Source: an uncultured delta proteobacterium | GTDB taxonomy: Bacteria > Desulfobacterota > Syntrophia > Syntrophales > UBA2185 | Reading direction: 5' to 3' | Assembly (NCBI GenBank): GCA_963695875.1 | Contig: CAVOID010000009.1 | Span: forward strand, 1-64,000 | DNA length: 64,000 nt | In this document: positions 1 to 9,546 of the stretch, in pieces | How the letters are laid out: every line of letters starts with the position of its first letter | How positions within the stretch are numbered: position 1 is the first letter of the stretch | Notes under the pieces: generated by a model | What the model was told of the DNA's origin: nothing | What the model saw: the letters and a program-made list of their open reading frames with translations, nothing else | Database searches by the model: none | Translations under genes and position numbers: made by a program

Positions 1-238
1 TTTGCTGCCCGAGGCGCATTACGGCATCACGCACTGTTTCGACCTTGTAACTAAGGCCAAAATACGCGGAATTGCAAATCCTGAGTATGTTAGCAGCAAT
101 TGCCTGATCATATTTAATGACATCTACAACCTCCGCTATAGAGAAATCGGGATCATCAATTAAGGACATGACTTTCAATGCCGCTGCCGGAAAGGCTGGA
201 ATATTTTTTATAGATTTCAAGATTTCGTCATAGATCAT
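1..238 (-). CDS. HDOD domain protein (5' part, truncated by window edge)
   Basis: Not in ORF track. Manual translation from ATG at 238 (ATGA overlap with cheD stop): MIYDEILKSIKNIPAFPAAALKVMSLIDDPDFSIAEVVDVIKYDQAIAANILRICNSAYFGLSYKVETVRDAVMRLG, the typical HDOD N-terminus. Confidence 0.9.
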   Translation of the reverse strand, partial: MIYDEILKSIKNIPAFPAAALKVMSLIDDPDFSIAEVVDVIKYDQAIAANILRICNSAYFGLSYKVETVRDAVMRLGQQ

Positions 239-720
239 GCCAACTCCCTCATCCCATTATGTGCAGTTTTTAAAAAGACTTTGCCCGTTGAGATATGTAT
301 GTAAATTGTCCTACTGCAATTGCTCCCCGTATCTTCGCCTTCAATTAATACATTGTTTTTCCAGAATAATTTCTTCATGGCAGTGATGTTCTTCTGGCCT
401 ATCCGGAAAAAATTCGCATCATCAAGTATGCTCGCCCCACCGGCAACTTTGACAATAATGCGCTTTTTATCCGCACCAAATTTATAACAGGACTTAAATA
501 AAAGAGGAATTCCCGTATCTGCAAACATCGCCGGATTTTCACCTGCCTTTTGGGGATCGAGTGATGATTCCGGAAGCATAAAATGCAAAAGTCCCCCTAC
601 TTTGGCGACGGGATCGTAAACGGTTACGCCTATACATGAGCCAAGCGCATATGTAACTAAAATATCATTTGTATTATTGCTAACCTTAAGATCTGAAATA
701 CCAATAATAATTTCGCTCAT
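235..720 (-). CDS. cheD: chemoreceptor glutamine deamidase CheD
   Basis: TYALGSCIGV, GGLLHFMLP, FADTG, KVAGGA, IGQKN motifs. Confidence 0.95.
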   Translation of the reverse strand: MSEIIIGISDLKVSNNTNDILVTYALGSCIGVTVYDPVAKVGGLLHFMLPESSLDPQKAGENPAMFADTGIPLLFKSCYKFGADKKRIIVKVAGGASILDDANFFRIGQKNITAMKKLFWKNNVLIEGEDTGSNCSRTIYIHISTGKVFLKTAHNGMRELA

Positions 721-721
721 A

Positions 722-1546
722 TTATTTCCTATAGACGCTCGGTTCTACATATTTAAATTGATGGTGCATGCCTGTCAGACTTTCAGAACGCCCAACAAAT
801 AAATACCCTCCCCCTTTCAGATATCCATAAAATTTATTCACCATATTCCCCTGCGTTGCCTTATCAAAATATATCATTACATTTCTGCAGAATATGACGT
901 CAAATGGATCATTATTCCGGAATGACTCCATGAGGTTGAACCGTATGAAATCAATCATTTCCTGTATTTCCTTTTTAACCCGATAGTGTCCCTTCCAACC
1001 ACCTTGGCCAACCTGAAAATATTTTTTCAAAAGAGCGGGAGAAACGTTCCCGACTTTTTCCTCAGGATATATACCCTTTACAGCGGTGTTTAGCACTCGC
1101 GTAGATATATCCGATGCTATTATTTTGATATCAACCTGATTGCTGCTAAACATTTCTCTCAGTGTCATGGCAATCGAATAAGGTTCCTCACCTGTCGAAC
1201 AGCCGGCGCACCATATTCTCAACCTCGGTATGCGACCTTTCCCCGACATTCCTGCCATCACCGGCACTATCTCCTGAAGTTTTTTAAAATGTTCCACTTC
1301 CCTGAAAAAACTTGTTAAATTTGTAGAGAGGGAGTCGATCATTGCAATCAACTCATCTGCCCCCTCTTGCGTTATTACGTAATTATAATATCCCGAGAAA
1401 GACTTGAAATTTCCTTCTCTCAACCTTTTGCCCAAACGTGCTTTAACAAGTTCTTTCTTTCCTTCATGTAAGTGGATGCCGCAGAGATCGTAAACAAAAC
1501 GGCTTATTTTCTCAAAATCAACATCTTTCAGTTCAATAGACGACAT
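722..1546 (-). CDS. cheR: chemotaxis methyltransferase CheR
   Basis: TNLTSFFRE, IWCAGCSTGEEPYS, DVIFCRNVMIYF, GRSESL. Confidence 0.97.
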   Translation of the reverse strand: MSSIELKDVDFEKISRFVYDLCGIHLHEGKKELVKARLGKRLREGNFKSFSGYYNYVITQEGADELIAMIDSLSTNLTSFFREVEHFKKLQEIVPVMAGMSGKGRIPRLRIWCAGCSTGEEPYSIAMTLREMFSSNQVDIKIIASDISTRVLNTAVKGIYPEEKVGNVSPALLKKYFQVGQGGWKGHYRVKKEIQEMIDFIRFNLMESFRNNDPFDVIFCRNVMIYFDKATQGNMVNKFYGYLKGGGYLFVGRSESLTGMHHQFKYVEPSVYRK

Positions 1547-1616
1547 GGCGTTAAGACAAATCTCTATTAGAGTTCAGATTAGACCAAGTATTTATGTGCA
1601 TAAGAAAAACAACATT

Positions 1617-2147
1617 CTAATGCACTATGGATTCAGCCATGACGACATCTGTCGTCAACACCTTATCAATATCGAGAAGTATCTTCACCGCTCCCTTGAT
1701 CTTAGCCATACCCAGGATATAGTCTGTATCTAATCTCACACCAAATGTTGGCGTATCTTCTATTTCCTCACCTTTAATATTCAGTACCTCGGAAACAGAA
1801 TCCACAACTATACCCATAATGGTCTTTTTCCCTGTCTTATCCGCAATATCGACAACAATTATGCAGGTTCTGTCATTGTATTCCATGACATCCATGCCGA
1901 ACTTCAAACGAAGATCGATGACGGGAATAACCTTTCCTCTCAAATTAATGACACCCTTCACGTACCTTGGGGTCTTGGGTACATAGGTAATGTTCATAAT
2001 GCCTATGATTTCTTTCACCTTAAGGATCTCTAACCCGTACTCTTCACTACCAAGACCAAAGGTAAGGTATTTCCCTTCCCTGTGCTGCCCCTTCTCCATT
2101 GTCTGGGACATTATGCTTTCCTTTGTCTCTCCTGATACTTCCGGCAT
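1617..2147 (-). CDS. cheW: chemotaxis coupling protein CheW
   Basis: KYLTF..EEYG, VKGVINLRGKVIPVIDLR, GIVVDSVSEV. Confidence 0.96.
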   Translation of the reverse strand: MPEVSGETKESIMSQTMEKGQHREGKYLTFGLGSEEYGLEILKVKEIIGIMNITYVPKTPRYVKGVINLRGKVIPVIDLRLKFGMDVMEYNDRTCIIVVDIADKTGKKTIMGIVVDSVSEVLNIKGEEIEDTPTFGVRLDTDYILGMAKIKGAVKILLDIDKVLTTDVVMAESIVH

Positions 2148-2292
2148 AACTCATAACCTCCTCATAATCCTAATTTCTTACCACAATATTCCCCTTCCCC
2201 ATGTGCGAAAGGGGTGCATTACCCAAACCACCTATATATAACCTACCAGACGTGCCGCCATTCATGAGAAGCGAGCATCATCTCTCCATACG

Positions 2293-3895
2293 TCAGACAA
2301 AATCGTCTTCCTTCAGGGGAAGAATCTTTTCAGTAGCTGCCTGATGATGTTGCGCATGAGGCAGCTTCTTTACACTTTTTTTAGAGGATAAGTCCTCAAC
2401 CAGGACCTGCCCTTGGTGATCTTCTACCTTGAACATTGCCATGGTGGCAGACAATTCTTCAGCACTGGCTGCATTCTGTTGGGTCACCTCGCTCATTTCG
2501 GCCATTGCCCTGTTTACCTGATCAATTCCTTGAGATTGTTCCTGAGATGCAGCAGCTATCTCCCCCATTAACTCAACAACCTTGGTCGAGCTGGCCGTAA
2601 CTTCACTAAAAACCTCATTTGTAATGGTCACGAGAGATTCCCCTCCTTTGACCTTCTTTACAATGTCCTCAATCAAGGTAGCTGTATTCTTGGCGGAATC
2701 TGTTGCCCGCATAGCCAGATTCCTTACCTCATCGGCAACTACCGCAAAACCTGCCCCTGCCTCACCGGCACGAGCGGCTTCCACTGCCGCATTCAAGGCC
2801 AACAGGTTCGTTTGGAAGGCAACTTCATCGATGCTCTTGATGATCTTCTGTGTTTGCTCGCTTGCTGTCGCAATTTCCTTCATCGATCTGGTCAGGTCAG
2901 TCATGGAAGCATTTGCCTTTTCGATAGCCTGCTTCGCCGCTACCATCAGCTTGTTGGCTTCTGCTGTATTGCTTGCATTCTGTCTGGTCATGGAAGCCAT
3001 TTCGTCCAGCGAAGCGGATGTCTCTTCAAGTGCAGCAGCCTGCCTGGAAGACGATTCAGAGAGAACTTGCGAAATCGACAGCGATTGACCTACGGCTTCA
3101 CCCATTTTCATACGCATGGTATTGATAGACAGAAGCAAGATCACCGATTTCATCATTAGAGTCAATATCGATTTCCTGGGTAAGATCACCATCGGCTACT
3201 TTCTTGATGACTTCAATTGCCTCTTTGATCGGCCGGGTAATGAGCCTGGTAATGAAAATGTTGATCAGTACCGATATGACAATGGCAATCACCAGTACGA
3301 TCACAAACGTACTCATCCACGTATTGAATTTACTGAGGGAAGAATCATACTTCTCCTTGCTCAGCTTGTTCTCAAGGGCCAGGAGTTCTTCCAGGGTCTG
3401 GTTCAGGATCTGGTATTTATCATCCGTAGTGCCCATAAACATCGCAGCCGCATTTAAATCGGATGCACCAACAGTTATCACTCCTTCCATAGGTTTCTGG
3501 TACTCCATCACATCGTCAAGGGTCTTTTGAAAGAGTTTCTTTTCTTCCGGTATGAGGACACTGGATTTCAACGTATTCTGTACAAGCTCGATAGTCTTCT
3601 CCATAGAGACCTTCTGTTCTTTGGCAAGCGCGGAGATCTTCGCCTCCTCGTAGTTTGCACCTGCCCAGCTTATGACCTTGTAAATATTCGCGTGGATATT
3701 ACCAACCTTCTTGATGATATCGGCGGTATCCTGATATACTTTGAAGCGGTTGTTATACATGTCCCCAATGACCATTCTTTGACTCGAAAGCCCATCGTAG
3801 GCTCCGTACGAAAGGGCTAAGAGGAATATGAAGACGACCATTGGAAGTAACATCATTTTCTTTGCCATCTTCAGATTTCTAATAATTTTTTTCAC
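2293..3895 (-). CDS. methyl-accepting chemotaxis protein (TM-periplasmic helical sensor-TM-HAMP-signalling domain); +1 frameshift near 3130
   Basis: Two overlapping ORFs join in the HAMP ([12 protein letters not shown]); [40 protein letters not shown]; acidic C-terminal tail LPLKEDDFV. Confidence 0.93.
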
Positions 3896-3921
3896 GTCAA
3901 TCCCCCCTTTTTTATTTTATC

Positions 3922-3949
3922 GTCAGATGGGCATCGCTGCCCATCCGAC
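3922..3949. repeat. 12-bp stem-loop with GCGA tetraloop between Cache gene and MCP
   Basis: Minus strand GTCGGATGGGCA-GCGA-TGCCCATCTGAC; no U-tract follows on the coding strand. Confidence 0.7.
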
Positions 3950-3963
3950 CATTTCTCATATTA

Positions 3964-4417
3964 TTATTTGTATATCCCGCAACAGAAAACAAAATCGCCG
4001 GATTTCTTGACATAGCATGATTTCGGTTCAATCTTTTTTGATACGGGGTTTGTCCACGTATAATCAACCCATCCATCGCCCTTTGTCTTGCCTACATTTA
4101 GAATATCCCGGAAAAAGAGCTTTCCGTTCGAGTCTTTAATATCAATAAAATGCTGGCCTATCAGCTTCTTGTTAGCCCCGTGTGACACGATATCACCCTT
4201 CATATCGACGACATAGATATACAGGTCTTCCTTCACAAATTGCCCTTTCGGGTCATCAAATGCTGCAAATGCCTTCACCTTTCCATTCGCCTGGAAATAG
4301 GCAATCGCCTTGTCCACCATTGCCTGGGCTTCTTTTGCCGTACCTTTAGCCAGGACACATGTGGCCCCTCCTAACAAGAGTCCTACCACCAAAATTACCA
4401 TCTACTAATCTTTTCAT
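3964..4417 (-). CDS. stand-alone secreted single Cache (sCache_2-type) domain protein; +1 frameshift near 4402
   Basis: Signal peptide MKRLV|MVILVVGLLLGG after SD; EAQAMVDKAIAY, DLYIYV.D, HG.N..LIG, D.NGK.F, GWVDYTWTNP..K.EPK..YV. Confidence 0.9.
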
Positions 4418-4600
4418 TGCTTCCTTCTCCCTTCTTTAATTCTTACGTTGATTTTCTAAATTTCTTGAAAACTTTTTACTTTGCCCGTTTGGTCGATCTA
4501 CCGGCTGAATGTTTGCCACCCCCTTTCTCCTGATAGTTACATATCAACTAATACACCGGCTAATCTACCGCTACAGGTTCATCCTGCCACTTACATTCCT

Positions 4601-5257
4601 TTAATGCCTTCCATGTAATCCGAGGGTTTTAACAATCTCTCGATATAGCCTTGCCCGTCTGACGGTTAGAGACTCCTTATCGGGAAACCCATATCCCGCT
4701 TTCTTATCAATACCCCTGTGCATGGAAGAATCACTAATGAAAATGATCTTTATATCAGAATGAATACTCCTGATTTTTCTTGCAAACTCCACAGCACTTC
4801 CATCGGATTTTATTATCTTGATCAATAATAAATCCGGCTTTTCTTTTCCTATGGCGAGAGCCGCTTCAAGAGTATCCGTATACGTCACCAATTTGCACTC
4901 TTCTTCGAGCTTTCTTTCGGCAAATATTTCCCGGATGAATCTAAGATCGTCCTCATCACTTCCTGCCGCCATGACCAATTTTCTCTGTTTCTTATATTTC
5001 ACCCCAGTGCTATCAGAATCATGCAACTGGTTTTTCTTGGCAGTATCGGAAATATACCTGTATGGTGCATCAGGAAAACCAAATTCTTTCCACAGTCTCT
5101 CTACCTCGGATACAGGGATTTTAAGATGCTTGCCAACCTTGTAAGCTTTGACTACTCCTTCCTGCACCCATCGGTATATGGTAACCCTATTGATTTCGAA
5201 TAACCTCGCCACCTCTGAGGTAGAATAGAATGACTCAGACATACGAATCCTTTTCAC
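4601..5257 (-). CDS. excisionase/MerR-like HTH fused to a degenerate receiver domain
   Basis: YSTSEVARLFEINRVTIYRWVQEG..KAYKVGKHLKIP (HTH_17-like); REC-like C-terminus KPDLLLIKIIKSDGSAVEFARKIR..IIFIS; likely start 5242. Confidence 0.8.
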   Translation of the reverse strand: MKRIRMSESFYSTSEVARLFEINRVTIYRWVQEGVVKAYKVGKHLKIPVSEVERLWKEFGFPDAPYRYISDTAKKNQLHDSDSTGVKYKKQRKLVMAAGSDEDDLRFIREIFAERKLEEECKLVTYTDTLEAALAIGKEKPDLLLIKIIKSDGSAVEFARKIRSIHSDIKIIFISDSSMHRGIDKKAGYGFPDKESLTVRRARLYREIVKTLGLHGRH

Positions 5258-5311
5258 TTTTTGTGATGAATCGATAGTAACGAATTAATCCTATGCAACC
5301 ACTGTACCCTT

Positions 5312-5338
5312 TTATCGGCACGCAAATGAAAAACCTTA
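5312..5338 (-). promoter_or_regulatory. sigma28 (FliA) promoter of chemotaxis operon
   Basis: TAAGGTTT-N11-GCCGATAA on minus strand. Confidence 0.8.
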
Positions 5339-5581
5339 AAAGCGTATTGTAAAAATATTTGACCATTATTGATGTGGTATGAAGCGATCCAGCCATATTG
5401 CTCCTTTTAAGTAATCGCGATAAAAGTTTTGCAACAGAATAATCCAAATACAACCATCATAATTATTCTCATTTTGGATACAAGAGCGTGATTCTTTAAA
5501 GGGATATGGTGAAAATAGTAGTCTATAATAGAAGGCAGTTGTACACTTTTTGCATATCATCCATAAGTTGAAGGAAAAGAA

Positions 5582-6324
5582 ATGACAACAGAAATCAAAA
5601 GAGACGAAATAGCAAAAATATTTAAACAGTTAAACGAATGCAAAAAAACCCTAAAACAGGCAAACATCCATTCCTGCCTCCTTTCCTTCAAAGCAGTCCT
5701 GGAAAAGACTCTGAGCACACAGATGTTGCCATCTGATGAAAAAGAATTAATGGCAGAAGTGAATGCATTTCAGCAGGCCCTTTCGGAAAGCAAGAATTTC
5801 AAAGACGTATTCGGACCCGTATCGTTCCAAGGCCAAGACTTCGGCACATTCGCTCGATTTTGTCAAGCAATTAATACCGTGTTGGAGAAGAAGGGATACG
5901 GGACAATGCCGATTTTCGTCAAAAAGATGACATATCTATTCAAGATATTGCCACTATTACCACAGACCTGGAGACGGAGGCACAAACGGTCATGCAACTT
6001 ATTGATAAGGGTGAATACACCAAAGCAAAAGAACTCATAGCAGATAACGATATTTTGATAACCTTTATTGTTCAATCATACAACAGGAATGGAATTAGTC
6101 TCCGGAAAGAGGGTGCTTACGATGATGCCATAGCAGAGTTCGAAAAGGCCCTTATTATTCTGCCCGATGACGAGGGGCTGCACTACAACATGGCCAGAGT
6201 CCTGGTGGAAAAAAAGGATTGGAAACGCGCCAAGGCATCCATTAAGGAGGCTTTAAAAATAAATCCTTTATTCAAAGAGGGCAATGACCTGCTGAAGTAT
6301 ATAAGACTCCATCATAGAAAATAA
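5582..6324 (+). CDS. TPR repeat protein; frameshifted (two +1 events around 5850-5880)
   Basis: C-terminal TPRs YNRNGISLRKEGAYDDAIAEFEKAL..PDDEGLHYNMAR; N-terminal ORF joins after correction. Confidence 0.75.
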
Positions 6325-6637
6325 AGACGCTTTGGCAAAGCGATCGGGGGCACTCTGCAAGATCTGCCCCATAAAATCAGTATCCCCTTTGCCGGAAAAG
6401 CTTCGCTCACAGGAAAGGCAGCTTCACTTATCTATGGAACAAACCTCATGCTTTTATCTCATATATTCCATACCATGAGTGGCCCAAGGTGATGCACGTG
6501 AAACCTGTTAAAACCATATTTGCCAAAGGTTTCCTGGCTTTCTTGGATTTATGGATTTCAATTCCTATGAAAAATCACGCCACACAAAATCAAGCAGATA
6601 TGACAAGATTTATCACTTTTTCACAAGGAGATAATCA

Positions 6638-9546
6638 ATGCATTCAAGTTCTTTTAATATGGTATTACAATTTCGTAATCTTGTATTGAAGCATTTTACT
6701 AATGAGAGAATTAGAATATTAGATGTCGGCAGTTACGGCATAAATGGTACATATCGGGATATTTTTTCCGACGAGATGAAATTCAGCTATGCCGGTCTGG
6801 ACCTTCAGCCCGGTCCGAATGTGGATTATGTCCCTGAAAACCCTTATGCATGGCCGGAACTGGAGGATGAGTACTTTGATGTGATCATTTCAGGTCAAGC
6901 ATTCGAACATATAGAGTTCCCTTGGCTCATCATCAACGAAATGAAGAAGAAACTCAAAATAAACGGTTTGATCTGCATCGTGGCCCCTTCACGGGGACCT
7001 GAACACAAGTACCCGGTCGACTGCTGGAGGTATTATCCTGATGGTTTTCGTGCGTTGGCGAAATGGGCCGGCTTACGGGTGCTCGAAGCCAAGACCTGCC
7101 GGGGTGCATCGGGGTTCTCTGATGGGAGCGATCAGTGGGGAGACAGCTTCTGCATTTTATGTAAGGATGAAAGTGAAAACTCCACCAAGAATACAAAGCA
7201 CCGTAGCGTTTCGACTCGGCGGAGAGATCAACAGGAACAGCCCGTTGGAATCCGGTAAAACCGCTTCATACTATTCCTTTGCACGGGGTGAAATCATCGA
7301 CGCCGTGGTGAAAAATGGGCTTTCAGCAAAACGCGTATTGGAAATCGGGTGCGCTGGTGGCGCCACGGGAAAGAAAATGAAAGAAACGATGCCGGTAGAT
7401 TATTATGTCGGCGTCGAGATTTGCGAGGAGGCGGCCGGGATTGCCCGGCAGCACCTGGACAGGGTCATCGTCGCGGACATAGAGAAATCCGATCTTATGG
7501 ACTGCGGTCTAAAGCACGGTGACTTCGACCTGCTGCTGGCTCTGGATGTCTTAGAACATTTGTATAATCCCTGGGATGTTCTGGCCAGCCTCAAAAAATT
7601 CTTAAAACCTGACGGGCACGTCGTTGCCTCGATCCCGAATATTCAGAACGTCACCATCGTAAACAGCCTGATCAGCGGGCGGTGGAGATATGAAAGCGCG
7701 GGCATCCTCGATGCAACCCATGTACGTTTTTTCACCATGGAAGAGATCGAGAGGTTGTTTTCAGGTGCCGGTCTTTCTATCACGAAAACCGAATACGTTC
7801 TCAACCCGCCCGTTGATCTGTCGAAGATAAAAGATTCCGGAAATAACCTGAGCGATGGAAATATCAGTCTCACCGACCTCAGTAGGGAGGACGTGCTTCG
7901 TCTCTTTATCTATCAGTATATAATTATTGCGAAAAACGGTCAGGCGATTTGCGTCGGGGAAGAATCTAAGCAAATCGAGGGCCAGAGCCCGGCTCCATCT
8001 GCACAACAGTCAGGCACGCCGGAGACAGACCGGGAAATCAGGCTTCAATGCATGTTTGAGAGAGAAGACCCCATCAGGGGCCTCGTCTCCATCATCATCC
8101 TTGCCCACAACCAGCTTGAATATACAAAAAAGTGTTTGGATAGCATTTTCAAATATACCAATGAGCCCTTTCAATTGATCATTGTTGATAACGGGTCAAC
8201 GGATGGGACGGCGGAATATTTGAATGGGGTGAGAGAAGGGGAGCATTAAGGTTGGAGGTTGGAAGATTAAAATTGACAAAGAAAGTAATGTGGTTGATTG
8301 CCCTGCTAAGGCCATGGAAGATATAAAATCCAAGGGGAAGTCTCAAGGGAAAAAGGGGAGAAGGAAAAAGGAAAAGATAGAAACCAGGGAATTGGCCTGC
8401 CGGAGTTTTAAGGTGATCCGGAATGAGGAGAACCGAGGATTTGCATTAGGGAACAACCAGGGGATGGCTGAGGCCACCGGGGATTATCTCCTTTTAATGA
8501 ACAATGACGTGGTGGTCACTCATGGATGGTTGGACCGGTTAATTGCCTGCGCCGAACGAAGGCCGCAGATTGGTATTGTCGGGCCAATGTCAAATTATGT
8601 CTCCGGGCCCCAACTGGTTAAGGAAATTACTTATGATACCAATTCATTGATAGGCCTGGATCAATTTGCTCGGGATTATGCCCAGAAGTATCATGGTCAG
8701 GCCAAAACTTTCTGGCGGGTGGTTGGCTTCTGTATGCTCATCAAAAGGGCTGTAGTAAAGAAGATTGGTGGATTTGACGGCAGGTACGGACTGGGAAATT
8801 TTGAGGATGATGATCTATCCCTCCGGGCCGCATCGGCTGGTTTCGAATCCTGGATTGCTCAGGACTGCTTTATTCATCATTTCGGGAATAGAACCTTTAT
8901 AGGAGCCCATATCGATTATAACGAAAGTCTCAAGAAAAATTGGGAGATCTTCAAGAAGAAGTGGGGCATTCCGTCAGATGTGCCTTACGGGGCCCCTTAT
9001 GATATGGCAAAAATTTTGAGCCATGGTTTCATGCCAGCCAAGCACTATTGTCCATTAAAATTGGAGGAATTTTCAGTATCCCAAGGTGAAGAGCTTTTCA
9101 ATTCTGGAGATGTGGAGGAAGCTAAAGTCATATTTGAAAAAATTGTCCACATTGACCCTAAAAATGTTGAAGCTCTCAACAATTTGGGGGTTATTCATTT
9201 TCTGCAGTCCGAAATAGATAAGGCGCGTTCATATTTCATCAGTGCCCTGGAATTGAACCCTAACTATCATGAAGCAGTTGAAAATCTTGGAAACTGTATG
9301 ATTGCCCAGAAATCATATCAGGAGGCCATCACGTGGTTTAAGAAAGCGCTGGATTTAACACCCGATGACGTGAACTTATTAAATTCTATTGCAAATTGTT
9401 ACATTCAGATGGAAGACCTCACAAAGGCAGAAGAAGTTTATTCCAAATCGTACCAGCTCAACCACAATCAGCCTCGTGTCGGAGAGATTCTTGAAGAGTT
9501 AGAGAGCCTCAAGGCATTCGAGACTCAGAGGAGGATAAACCCTTGA
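6638..9546 (+). CDS. multidomain methyltransferase-methyltransferase-GT2 glycosyltransferase-TPR protein (three track ORFs joined by two +1 frameshifts, near 7223 and 8240)
   Basis: ILDVGSY and VLEIGCAGG SAM motifs; DVLEHL.PW, LDATHVRFFT; VSIIILAHNQ..IIVDNGSTDGT, LLMNNDVVV, FEDDDL; C-terminal TPRs. Confidence 0.8.

Noticed and set aside
4478..4520. GGCAAAC...GGGCAAAG on the minus strand upstream of the Cache gene, reminiscent of a c-di-GMP-I riboswitch
   Set aside because: No GNRA-capped P2 stem or matching P1/P3 pairing could be built; an Infernal search with RF01051 would settle it.
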